This document shows, piece after piece, positions 38,367 to 47,436 of a stretch of 64,000 bases of DNA (positions are counted from its first letter, which is position 1; every line of letters starts with the position of its first letter). Source of the stretch: Minisyncoccota bacterium (GTDB lineage: Bacteria > Patescibacteriota > Minisyncoccia > JAHIHE01 > JAGLIN01). The stretch is from the NCBI GenBank assembly GCA_041661265.1, contig JBAZUT010000002.1:12316-76315 (forward strand), given 5' to 3'. A program made the position numbers and the translations under genes. The notes under the pieces were generated by a model. That model was not told the origin of the DNA and ran no database searches. It was given only the letters and a program-made list of their open reading frames with translations.

Positions 38367-38774
38367 TCAGCAGATCGCGTTTCTCTTCGGGTTCGTCCAT
38401 ATGGCGAAGTATGTGGTAATGATATACGACGCTGGAACTGCAAATAATATAGGCCATACTAACATCAAAACAGATGCAAAATCTCTCGCATAAAAAGCTG
38501 TCAGTATGCCTATAAGCGAAATTGCAAAAGTCATTGAGTTTATGGAATTCAATCCGCACAGACAGTGTTTCACAGCTGCAACGAATGTCTGTATAAGCAG
38601 AAACACAGTCGCGATAGCGAAAAACATCATTGCCATCGATATCGTTATCGTTTCAAAGCCCGCATTATATGCAAATCCGACAATAACATATGTTATTGCA
38701 AGCAGTATTGCAAAATATTTGGCCAGTCCATACTTCGATTCAAAAAACAATTTGATTTCTTGTATTTTACTCAT
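38367..38774 (-). CDS. Hypothetical membrane protein (135 aa)
   Basis: Four hydrophobic helices. Confidence 0.45.
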   Translation of the reverse strand: MSKIQEIKLFFESKYGLAKYFAILLAITYVIVGFAYNAGFETITISMAMMFFAIATVFLLIQTFVAAVKHCLCGLNSINSMTFAISLIGILTAFYARDFASVLMLVWPILFAVPASYIITTYFAIWTNPKRNAIC

Positions 38775-38867
38775 TTTATCCCTCTCTCGGATTCATATAC
38801 TAACCAAGCTGTATTTTAAGCTTAGCAAAACATAGTATCACATATTCACACAATTGTCAACAGATAA

Positions 38868-39278
38868 TTATTTTATGCATGCCGAGTGCGGAGAAAATCC
38901 CCCGCCCTCAGCCTCCTCTTTCGAAGAAAACCAGACTTTATTTTCTTCCTTTATTTTCAAGGCGGAGCTGCAGCTTGGAACGTGGAATATTTTGCTGTTT
39001 TTGCTTGCTACATAGGCCTTGACCTTGTTTTGGGACGATGTTACAGTACTATCCGGCTTGACGCTTTCCCCGGAAACAGCTGTCGCATTTTGCACTATTC
39101 CCGCATTGAACAGATCTTCACAATCAGCGCTTGGCTCTTCGACGGAAACTCCTCTCTCGCCGATACGATCCAACAAATAATAGTATCCCGAAAAGAATCC
39201 GAACATGAAAACCATCGCAAAACCGAACAATGAGATGATCGCTTCCCTGTTATTCTTGAAATATTCGGAGATGTCCAT
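38868..39278 (-). CDS. Membrane-anchored protein with C-terminal putative metal-binding HxPxC...C motif (136 aa)
   Basis: N-terminal TM helix. The C-terminus KIFHVPSCSSALKI...FSSKEEAEGGGFSPHSAC resembles small Ada-like zinc domains. Confidence 0.45.
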   Translation of the reverse strand: MDISEYFKNNREAIISLFGFAMVFMFGFFSGYYYLLDRIGERGVSVEEPSADCEDLFNAGIVQNATAVSGESVKPDSTVTSSQNKVKAYVASKNSKIFHVPSCSSALKIKEENKVWFSSKEEAEGGGFSPHSACIK

Positions 39279-39365
39279 ATTACCTGATTATTACATTTTT
39301 TATTTTTCGGCATCGTCATATCGCCGGATCGGCTTTGAGCAATATAACAATATAACAATCTATCT

Positions 39366-40610
39366 ATGAAATATATATTTTTCCTGGGGCGCATCGGGGA
39401 ACTTTCCTTTGCCGAAATTCATGCTATGTTTTTGAAATATCGGATCCCGTACAAGATCAGCCATCTTTCGAATAAGATACTTATAGCAGATGCGGAAAAT
39501 GCGATCAATGCGCCTGATATGCTCGTGCAGATGGGCGGAACCATCAAGATCTCGGAATATCTGGGAGAATTTGACGATTTTGAAGCTTCGATCGTTTCGA
39601 TAAGGTCCGTCATAGACGCCCTGTTCGAGACGAGAGCCGCCAAAAAGAATATAGGGTATAATATATATTTTAATGCAAGTGCCGAAAAAGATAAAGTTCG
39701 CGCTATAACGGACCGCATAAATGACCATTTTTCCGGCCTGAAGAAAGAGCTTGGCAAAGAATCAAGCATGCGCATAGTATATCCGGACAGAACCGGAGAA
39801 ATAAGCAGCGTCTCCATAATAAAAAATAAACTGCTGGCGAAAGGCGTGCTATTTGATCTCATATTCCTTCCCGATCGGGTCATACTGTCAAAAATTTCCG
39901 CCATACAGGATATCGAAAGCTATTCCCAGCGGGACTACAACCGGCCGAACCGCGACGCAAAAGTTGGAATGACTCCGCCGAAGCTCGCGCAGATCATGAT
40001 CAACCTTGCCGGGCTCAAAGACGGAGACACCGTCTATGATCCGTTCTGCGGAGTCGGAACGATCATGCAGGAAGCCCTCCTCAATGATTATCGCGCCATC
40101 GGCAGCGATGCGAATTCCGCGCAGGTCGAGAATTGCAAAAAGAATCTCGGCTGGATCTCAAAAAAGTATGTCCTCAAATATCCGGATTACAAGATCTTCC
40201 AGTCCGACAGCGCCCATGCTTATAAAAAGTTAAGGGAAAATTCCGTCAATGCGATAATCACCGAGACCACGCTTGGACCGATCTATAACAAAGCGCCTAA
40301 TAATCAGGAAATGAACCAGAATTTCAGGCAGATCGAAAAGATCTATCTCAGATTCTTCCAGAATTCAAAGATGATCCTTCGGAATAAGGCGAGAATCGTA
40401 TTTACGGTGCCGGCCTATCAGATAAAGCCTGATAAATATGTTCTGGCTCCATTTATTGACAATATTGAAAAAATAGGATATTCTATTGTAAGCCTTGCGG
40501 ATAAGAAGTTATTCTCCGCAAGTACAAGGATCACGGACAGAAATACCATCATTTACTCCAGGCCCGACCAGATCGTGGCCAGAGAAATAATCATGTTCGA
40601 AAAGAAATAA
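39366..40610 (+). CDS. SAM-dependent RNA methyltransferase, Trm11/RlmL (UPF0020)-like
   Basis: Methylase motif I VYDPFCGVGT, with a downstream IITETTLG catalytic-like motif. Confidence 0.65.
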   Translation: MKYIFFLGRIGELSFAEIHAMFLKYRIPYKISHLSNKILIADAENAINAPDMLVQMGGTIKISEYLGEFDDFEASIVSIRSVIDALFETRAAKKNIGYNIYFNASAEKDKVRAITDRINDHFSGLKKELGKESSMRIVYPDRTGEISSVSIIKNKLLAKGVLFDLIFLPDRVILSKISAIQDIESYSQRDYNRPNRDAKVGMTPPKLAQIMINLAGLKDGDTVYDPFCGVGTIMQEALLNDYRAIGSDANSAQVENCKKNLGWISKKYVLKYPDYKIFQSDSAHAYKKLRENSVNAIITETTLGPIYNKAPNNQEMNQNFRQIEKIYLRFFQNSKMILRNKARIVFTVPAYQIKPDKYVLAPFIDNIEKIGYSIVSLADKKLFSASTRITDRNTIIYSRPDQIVAREIIMFEKK

Positions 40611-40635
40611 CTGACATAATTATAATTTTTAAACC

Positions 40636-40938
40636 ATGGCACATAAGAAAGCGGGCGGTACAGCGTCCAACCTGAAAGACAGCAAGCCAAAGTATTTGGG
40701 CGTAAAGATATTCGGAAATCAGGCTGTAAAAAAAGGTAACATTATCATAAGACAAAGAGGTTTCAAATACAGGCCGGGAAAGGGTGTTCTGCACGGAAAA
40801 GACCACACTATCTTCGCCATAATGGACGGATTTGTGAAATTCACTGAAAAGAAGATCGTGAACTTTGATGGAAACAGAAAAAAGGTCAATTTCGTAAGCG
40901 TTGTGAAAGACAGAGTTTCCACGACCAACAAGAAATAG
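40636..40938 (+). CDS. rpmA: 50S ribosomal protein L27
   Basis: [24 protein letters not shown]...[23 protein letters not shown] is the canonical L27 sequence. Confidence 0.9.
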   Translation: MAHKKAGGTASNLKDSKPKYLGVKIFGNQAVKKGNIIIRQRGFKYRPGKGVLHGKDHTIFAIMDGFVKFTEKKIVNFDGNRKKVNFVSVVKDRVSTTNKK

Positions 40939-41084
40939 ATATTGCATCCTCAAGATAAAAACAGGACTTGGTCCTGTTTTTCGATGTCAAAATCAAAAAA
41001 ATAGTCTCGAACTTGAGGATCGAGACCTGTTTTATTTTCTGAACTAGAGCTTTTTCGCTTTATTTTTTTTCGGATTTTCAGAGA

Positions 41085-41681
41085 TCATTTGATTATCTCT
41101 TTTGCGACCTCTTGGTCGTATTTTTTCAGCTCCGCATCAAGAACCGCCTTTACCGAAGGATCGAATGTGTTGTTGTGATAGATCATCCTGGCGCCATCAA
41201 TGGTCTCCGACGCAATGATAATGGATGCGGCGAGAAATTTTCCCGCCTTTTCGATCCTCACGGATCTGTTGCTTATGATCTCTTCGAGCTCCGGCCTTTC
41301 CTTCAGCGAGCTCCATCTGACGACCATCCCTCCTTGATAAAGAGAATCTATCTGGGTGACGGCAACCATGGTAGTTCCGTGGGGATTGAATCCCAGTTGA
41401 TATTTGAAATCGTCCAGATAAAGCGCAATTACATATGCCAGCTCGGGCGGATAGCTCAGGAGAAGCATGGCAGTATCCACAAAATGCGCCGGATGATGAT
41501 CCTTGCTCAGCAGCCCCGTCATTGCCGCTATTCTCTTGGCCTCCGTTTCCTTCACGATCTTCAGCTGATTAGACTGTTCGCTGGCCCTGTGAACCGCCTT
41601 ATTTCTGAGCTCCAGGATTTTTTTGTTCAACGGCTCTTTTTTATTGCCGAATATCATATCTTTTATTCCCATTCTTTTCAC
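41085..41681 (-). CDS. Hypothetical protein (198 aa) downstream of the paralog array
   Basis: Intact ORF. No confident family assignment. Confidence 0.45.
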   Translation of the reverse strand: MKRMGIKDMIFGNKKEPLNKKILELRNKAVHRASEQSNQLKIVKETEAKRIAAMTGLLSKDHHPAHFVDTAMLLLSYPPELAYVIALYLDDFKYQLGFNPHGTTMVAVTQIDSLYQGGMVVRWSSLKERPELEEIISNRSVRIEKAGKFLAASIIIASETIDGARMIYHNNTFDPSVKAVLDAELKKYDQEVAKEIIK

Positions 41682-41753
41682 CTCTATTGTAAAGAACTTT
41701 TCTTCACTGAAAGTAAACTAGCATAATTTCCATAAAATATCAAACACGCGCGC

Positions 41754-41788
41754 ATAAAAAAATCCCGCTGAATTTTTCAGCAGGAATT
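41754..41788 (-). terminator. Rho-independent terminator ending the paralog-array transcription unit
   Basis: Minus strand aattCCTGCTGAAaaaTTCAGCGGGattttttt lies ~25 bp after the last array gene. Confidence 0.6.
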
Positions 41789-41809
41789 GTATGGTATATA
41801 TTTTCCACA

Positions 41810-42685
41810 CTAGCCGGATATCCACGTCATTCGAGGCCTTCGCGCGCCCTGTTCGTTTATTTTCCCATTATCTGACCCTCCGTTTTGAGTCAAAAATATT
41901 TGTCTTCCGCCTTTTTGTTTGCCTATTCCATATCCGTAGTGCGCCGGTTCAAAGAGTTCACTCTCCAATCTTCCGGATATTGTCAGACCGATAAAGAGCC
42001 TTCCGTCGCTCCCGATATATTGAGCGATCCCACACCCCTCAGGAGCAATAATGTTCATGCCTTTTGGCCCGGCCTTATCGCCCGTCGTCATTATCGTACA
42101 GCCTGCTTCCAGAAGCAGATCTTCAAAGCTTTTTGCTTCCTCTTTGCCCGACTCGTCACCGGCTGCGTCATTGTTCAATGCAGTTTCTTTACCACTGAGA
42201 CAGATTTCTCTTCCATTCATGAATATCCGGGTCTTTTCTTTGTCCGATCCATGGATCTCATTTTCATTTGAACCGGTTTCACCTTCGTCGTTTTCGCATT
42301 CTGTGCCCTTCTTTGTCCCCTTTTCTATCTCTTCCATTTTCCTTTCAGCCTTCTCAAGACTTGGTTTTTCTTGCCTTGAAAGCAGAACCTCCAAAACAGG
42401 CCACATGATCGAATCGATCTTGGGATATCCGTCAAGCTTGATGCTCCGGTCATTGTCCTCGCATCTTCCTGTGGCAAAGAGATATATCACCTTTCCCAGT
42501 TCATGCAATCCCTCTTCGAGGCTTGTTGCTGTTTCTCTGGATCCGAGATCGATCTCTTCAGTCAAAATATCCTGCTTCTGGAATATATAGTATTTTCCCT
42601 CTTCGGCTGCTTTTCCATACATCAAGAAAAGCCTCTCAAACGACTTTAGTAGCTCCTCGTCTTTCTCTTTTCCGATCTTTATCAT
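41810..42685 (-). CDS. Paralog-array member 10 (291 aa), type-B N-domain. C-terminus truncated or degenerate and lacks the family C-terminal NWYL(R/K)V domain
   Basis: The N-terminal 110 aa and leader are identical at DNA level to member 6 (45998..47272). It has an EGC(T) middle module. The sequence ends abruptly with GARRPRMTWISG. Confidence 0.7.
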   Translation of the reverse strand: MIKIGKEKDEELLKSFERLFLMYGKAAEEGKYYIFQKQDILTEEIDLGSRETATSLEEGLHELGKVIYLFATGRCEDNDRSIKLDGYPKIDSIMWPVLEVLLSRQEKPSLEKAERKMEEIEKGTKKGTECENDEGETGSNENEIHGSDKEKTRIFMNGREICLSGKETALNNDAAGDESGKEEAKSFEDLLLEAGCTIMTTGDKAGPKGMNIIAPEGCGIAQYIGSDGRLFIGLTISGRLESELFEPAHYGYGIGKQKGGRQIFLTQNGGSDNGKINEQGARRPRMTWISG

Positions 42686-42845
42686 ATCTTCGCTTCCTCC
42701 TTTTTCTTTGTGAGCATGATCAATACATTGATTTCAAGGTGCTTTCCTTTGAAGTCCCTCTCTGCCGTGCTGTTTATCTTAAACAGTATGGCGGAAAGAG
42801 AGGCAATGCCGGCTATTGTCGTTCAATAAGCGGGATTGCCGATGT
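42686..42845 (-). promoter_or_regulatory. Conserved array leader (copy 9): GGCAAT-loop-ATTGCC hairpin, CCTCTCTTTCCGCC...GGCAGAGAGGG hairpin, AAAGGAGGA RBS
   Basis: ~165-bp element repeated 9 times, immediately 5' of array genes. Confidence 0.55.
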
Positions 42846-43835
42846 TTAACTGATTACTAAGAACCAGCATTTTGACTTATCGCACACAGATACTATTCGT
42901 TTATCTTTTAGCTTTTCTTTCAGTTCACCTATGCCCTCTCCGCAAATATGTGATCCTTCCGGTGAGTACACCGTTTCTTTGTCATATTCATCTATAAACC
43001 CATTTTTCATAAGCGTTTCGCCACTTGAACAAAGCATATTCACAAGAGATGCTTCTGCATAATATTTCCAGCTGCAATGCTCGGAATCTATAGTTGCCAA
43101 TCCTTTGTTCAACCAAACAGACACCTCATCCAGATATTTTCCGGCATCTCTTCCGGCTATTTTTTTTCCTGTTTCAATATTAGACAAGATAACCGCATGG
43201 CCATAAACTACTTGGACCACTTTATATCCGAATTCTTTTAATGGAAATCGGGCATATGGCTTATCAGGGCTTCCTATGTGTATCTCGTCCCCGCCCTCCT
43301 TCGCCTTTGAGAATATATTTGTTCCTTCCGGAGCAAGAACGATCATGGATCCCGCTTCTATTCTCTTATTGGCGTCCTCTTCTCCTTCTTCCACTATATG
43401 CACAGTGCAGCCTTCGTCCAGCAGCAAGTCCTTCAAACTTTTTGCCTGTTTTATATTCTTGTCTGCGCCATCATGGACTTCTGTTATGCTCTTCTCAATT
43501 TCTTCAATGCTCGGAGCGTTTCCCTTCGAAAGCATTATCTGAAGTATCGGCCACATCATCGAATCGATCTTGGGATATCCGTCAAGCTTGATGCTCGGGT
43601 CGTTGTATTCCCAGATGCCGGTTGCGGCATAATAGATCACTCTTGCGAGTTCTCTCAGGCCTTCTTCCTCGCTTGATAGCGTTTCTCTTCCTTCAAGAGA
43701 TATGCCTTCCGCCACGATATCTTGGGGCAGGATCTTGTAATAGTTGCCTGCCTTGGCTCCTTTTTTGTACAGTTCAAGAAGCTCCCTCAGCGCTGCAAAA
43801 TAACCCTTATCTGTCTTTTCTTCGATCTTTATCAT
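42846..43835 (-). CDS. Paralog-array member 9 (329 aa), type-A N-domain (MIKIEEKTDKGYFAALRELLELYKKG...SIKLDGYPKIDSMMWP), EGC middle module, family C-terminal domain
   Basis: The N-domain is nearly identical to members 2, 4 and 5. The C-terminus reads ...GELKEKLKDKRIVSVCDKSKCWFLVIS. Confidence 0.75.
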   Translation of the reverse strand: MIKIEEKTDKGYFAALRELLELYKKGAKAGNYYKILPQDIVAEGISLEGRETLSSEEEGLRELARVIYYAATGIWEYNDPSIKLDGYPKIDSMMWPILQIMLSKGNAPSIEEIEKSITEVHDGADKNIKQAKSLKDLLLDEGCTVHIVEEGEEDANKRIEAGSMIVLAPEGTNIFSKAKEGGDEIHIGSPDKPYARFPLKEFGYKVVQVVYGHAVILSNIETGKKIAGRDAGKYLDEVSVWLNKGLATIDSEHCSWKYYAEASLVNMLCSSGETLMKNGFIDEYDKETVYSPEGSHICGEGIGELKEKLKDKRIVSVCDKSKCWFLVIS

Positions 43836-44003
43836 ATCTTCGCTTCCTCCTTTTTCCTTGTAAGCATGATCAATACATTGATTTCAAGGTGCTTTCCTTT
43901 GAAGTCCCTCTCTGCCATGCTGTTTATCTTAAACAGTATGGCGGAAAGAGAGGCAATCGGTCATCGTTTTTTTTCGATGGAATAATTGCCAAACATTTTA
44001 TTC
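43836..44003 (-). promoter_or_regulatory. Conserved array leader (copy 8); loop variant ggcaatcggtcatcgttttttttcgatggaataattgcc
   Basis: Identical to the leader at 52156..52323. Confidence 0.55.
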
Positions 44004-44861
44004 TTATTCGTAAACTTCTTTCAGGTACCACCTATTGGCGACTTTATCTTCTATAGATTCAATATCTCTATTGATGTTCTCCAACATAAATTTAAGCCTC
44101 TCTAATCCATGATTTTCTTTCGCTTTCTTATAGTTGAATTCTATTTTATCCAAACTCACTTTATGGATAAATCCCGCCTCGTCGCTTCCATGGTATATTG
44201 GAGTATTCATGTTAATCAGACATGTCGTCGGATCGAACAACCAGGTCCACTCACGAGAAAATATATAAGGCTCGCTTCCTTTTCGCGGCATTTTACTATT
44301 TCGATATTCGGTATTTATCCATTCAATTATTTCATTTATAAACCTTGCTCCATTTCTTATTTTTCTCCTTTCTTTTATTATTTCCGTCTCTACCTTTTCA
44401 ATTGTCGGCTTTTCTTCATTTGAAAGTAAGATTTTTAGCATTGGCCAGGAAATTGATTTTATCGGGATATAGCCATCTAGTTTAATACTGGGACAATTAT
44501 GTTCCCAATATCCGGTAATTTCAAAATATATCAGCTTTCCTAAGTTTTTTAATCCCTCCTCCACACTCTCTGCCCTATTTCTGCGCCGATAATTCGCAAT
44601 GGTCGAAATGAAATCTTCCGGTTTTCTTCTAAAATTGCTATGAAAAGGATCATCCGGCGAAAAAAGATACGCGGATTCCGGATCCCAATCGGCGCCATCA
44701 TATTTAGTTTTTTCTGCAAGATTAATCTTTTTCGTAAAAATATCTTCCCGCAAAAACAAAGGATATATCCCTTTTTCAGTTCCTTCACTAAACACTCTAA
44801 ATAGACTCTTCAATGCGACATGAATTCGCTCGTCATCTTTGTTTTCAATTTTCTTCACCAC
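44004..44861 (-). CDS. Paralog-array member 8 (285 aa), most divergent N-domain (with an inserted segment), different body
   Basis: Retains SIKLDGYIPIKSISWPMLKILLS and the tail NRWYLKEVYE. Confidence 0.65.
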   Translation of the reverse strand: MVKKIENKDDERIHVALKSLFRVFSEGTEKGIYPLFLREDIFTKKINLAEKTKYDGADWDPESAYLFSPDDPFHSNFRRKPEDFISTIANYRRRNRAESVEEGLKNLGKLIYFEITGYWEHNCPSIKLDGYIPIKSISWPMLKILLSNEEKPTIEKVETEIIKERRKIRNGARFINEIIEWINTEYRNSKMPRKGSEPYIFSREWTWLFDPTTCLINMNTPIYHGSDEAGFIHKVSLDKIEFNYKKAKENHGLERLKFMLENINRDIESIEDKVANRWYLKEVYE

Positions 44862-45016
44862 TGACTCCTCCTTCTTTTCAGATAAATATTCGCTATTTTG
44901 ATTTTAAGGTACTTTCCTATGAGTCCCTCGCTGTCATACTGTTCAGTCAAACAGTATGACGGAAAGAGAGGCAATTCCGTAAGTCTACTTTGCAACAAAC
45001 GGAATTGCCGATTTTT
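44862..45016 (-). promoter_or_regulatory. Conserved array leader (copy 7); perfect hairpin ggcaattccgt...acggaattgcc
   Basis: Seen in the sequence. Confidence 0.55.
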
Positions 45017-45823
45017 TTAGCACACTTTCAGATACCAAGACCCTGTATTATCCGTTATGGATATGGCCTTTTTGCCACTTAATTCGCTCTTCAGCTTTTC
45101 AAGGCCCATGATAAAACTTTTTGTATCGGTATATATCCAGAACCTGTTCCAGTCTTTCCCTATCTCCGCCACATCGCTTATGTCTATGAGTCCGTGCATT
45201 TGAAGAAAACCGATTCCGACTGAATTCCCCGGAAGCATCTTGAAAAGAGTATGATCTTCTTCCATGGACATCCAAACATATTTGCCCGACCCGAGTGACA
45301 CCGATTCTTCATAATGCTGCACAAGCCCTATAGCCGCCTGCAGAAGACTGTCGGCACCTGTCATGAAACAGCCTTTCTCGATCAGTAGATCCCATATGCT
45401 CTTTGTCTGCGTTCCGGTTATCTTCTCTACCGATACTTTTATGGGTGTACTTGTCACGCCATCCGCATCCTTGATCTTTTTTTCGATCTCTTTGATATCA
45501 GGCGGCTTGTCCTTCGAAAGCATCATCTCCAGAACAGGCCACATCATCGAATCGATCTTGGGATATCCGTCGAGCTTGATGCTCGGGTCATTGTATTCCC
45601 AGATGCCGGTTGCGGCATAATAGATCACTCTTGCGAGTTCTCTCAGGCCTTCTTCCTCGCTTGATAGCGTTTCTCTTCCTTCAAAAGATATGCCTTCCGC
45701 CATGATATCTTGGGGCAGGATCTTGTAATACATGCCTTCCTTGGCTCCTTTTTTGTACAGTTCAAGAAGCTCCCTCAGCGCTGCAAAATAACCCTTATCT
45801 GTCTTTTCTTCGATCTTTATCAT
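45017..45823 (-). CDS. Paralog-array member 7 (268 aa), type-A N-domain, body shared with member 1, C-terminal ...GKKAISITDNTGSWYLKVC
   Basis: Family N- and C-domains present. Confidence 0.75.
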   Translation of the reverse strand: MIKIEEKTDKGYFAALRELLELYKKGAKEGMYYKILPQDIMAEGISFEGRETLSSEEEGLRELARVIYYAATGIWEYNDPSIKLDGYPKIDSMMWPVLEMMLSKDKPPDIKEIEKKIKDADGVTSTPIKVSVEKITGTQTKSIWDLLIEKGCFMTGADSLLQAAIGLVQHYEESVSLGSGKYVWMSMEEDHTLFKMLPGNSVGIGFLQMHGLIDISDVAEIGKDWNRFWIYTDTKSFIMGLEKLKSELSGKKAISITDNTGSWYLKVC

Positions 45824-45997
45824 ATCTTCACTTCCTCCTTTTTCCTTGTAAGCATGATCAATACATTGATTTCAAGGTGCTTTCCTTTGAAGTCCCTCGC
45901 TGTCATGCTGTTTATCTTAAACAGCATGGCGGAAAGAGAGGCAATTCCGGCTATTGTCTTTCAATAAGCGGGATTGCCAAATATTATTTTCACTGGA
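45824..45997 (-). promoter_or_regulatory. Conserved array leader (copy 6)
   Basis: Seen in the sequence. Confidence 0.55.
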
Positions 45998-47272
45998 TCA
46001 GATTATCCGTACAGCCGTGCGAACGCCATATTTTTCATCAGTGTTTGACATCAGATGACTCACATGCATGTACACAAGACGGCTATTTTCGTGAAATCCC
46101 AAAGAATAAACGGAATCAGGCGAGTTTTTTCCGACAATACCCAAAATATATGGAGTATGCATACCGCCGATATGGGCATCTATCAATTCATTCGTGTTTT
46201 CCAGATGGATAATAGCAAGAGTGATCTGGTCCTCTGCGGATATTCCATCTTCTCCCTGATATGCGTCTGCCAAAAGAGATCCTAAATATCTCTTTGGACT
46301 CATCCCGCACTCAAGCTGCTTTCGTCCGCCAATAGTCTGACCGCCGCCCTTTGCCGGAAGGCACGCAAGATCCTCAACCAGAAGAACATTGAATGCGGAG
46401 CCGCTTGCCAATAACTCTTTTTTGGTTTTATTGGAACCGCCTCTTTGGCGATAGCTCACATTGCCATTCATATCCGCTTCTCTTTCAGTGCTCCAGATAA
46501 GAATCGGCTTTTCTGAATCAATATATAGTTTCCGGTTCTGTTCATCGTGATTTTGTTTGGCTCCGAACAATATTTCATTTGCGTCATGCCGCAGGATCAA
46601 TCTCCCGAATATCTCGACAAGATCGTTGAATTTCATGCCAAATGGAACGATCAGCAATTTGTTGAATCCCTGATCCCACTTAAACTTGAAAAAATCCCCG
46701 TTTTCTTTTATCATATCCGCTATTTCTTCAAATTCCGGGAAAGAGTATTCCTTTCCATCTATGCCCTTTATGCCCGATTCTCCGTTTGAGAGTATTCTGA
46801 TCACTCCCGTCTTTCGGAATATTTCCTTTTGGTTCTCATATTGCCGTTTCAGCTCTTCATAGCCGAACTCCGTAGTCTTTACAGACGTTTCTTCAGTTAT
46901 TCTCTTTTGCGTCAGCTCATTTAATATTTTTTCCGCTGCTTTAAGATTTGGAGATTCTCTCCTTGAAAGCAACAGTTCGAGTATCGGCCACATGATCGAA
47001 TCGATCTTGGGATATCCGTCAAGCTTGATGCTCCGGTCATTGTCCTCGCATCTTCCTGTGGCAAAGAGATATATCACCTTTCCCAGTTCATGCAATCCCT
47101 CTTCGAGGCTTGTTGCTGTTTCTCTGGATCCGAGATCGATCTCTTCAGTCAAAATATCCTGCTTCTGGAATATATAGTATTTTCCCTCTTCGGCTGCTTT
47201 TCCATACATCAAGAAAAGCCTCTCAAACGACTTTAGTAGCTCCTCGTCTTTCTCTTTTCCGATCTTTATCAT
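45998..47272 (-). CDS. Paralog-array member 6 (424 aa), type-B N-domain fused to a distinct ~300-aa C-terminal region, possibly enzymatic (Gly-rich LPAKGGGQTIGG, HIGGMHTPY)
   Basis: The N-domain and leader are identical to member 10. The rest is unrelated to the other members, and the family C-terminal tail is absent. Confidence 0.7.
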   Translation of the reverse strand: MIKIGKEKDEELLKSFERLFLMYGKAAEEGKYYIFQKQDILTEEIDLGSRETATSLEEGLHELGKVIYLFATGRCEDNDRSIKLDGYPKIDSIMWPILELLLSRRESPNLKAAEKILNELTQKRITEETSVKTTEFGYEELKRQYENQKEIFRKTGVIRILSNGESGIKGIDGKEYSFPEFEEIADMIKENGDFFKFKWDQGFNKLLIVPFGMKFNDLVEIFGRLILRHDANEILFGAKQNHDEQNRKLYIDSEKPILIWSTEREADMNGNVSYRQRGGSNKTKKELLASGSAFNVLLVEDLACLPAKGGGQTIGGRKQLECGMSPKRYLGSLLADAYQGEDGISAEDQITLAIIHLENTNELIDAHIGGMHTPYILGIVGKNSPDSVYSLGFHENSRLVYMHVSHLMSNTDEKYGVRTAVRII

Positions 47273-47436
47273 ATCTTCGCTTCCTCCTTTTTCTTTGTGA
47301 GCATGATCAATACATTGATTTCAAGGTGCTTTCCTTTGAAGTCCCTCTCTGCCGTGCTGTTTATCTTAAACAGTATGGCGGAAAGAGAGGCAATGCCGGC
47401 TGCATTATTTGCAGAACAAATTGCCTGATATGTAAT
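47273..47436 (-). promoter_or_regulatory. Conserved array leader (copy 5)
   Basis: Identical over its length to the leader at 42686..42845 except for the GGCAAT-hairpin loop. Confidence 0.55.

Noticed and set aside
41085-41681. Proteasome/HslV-like Ntn hydrolase assignment for the 198-aa protein (because of an internal GTTMVAV)
   Set aside because: The putative mature region after TT is only ~100 aa and lacks the other conserved beta-subunit motifs.
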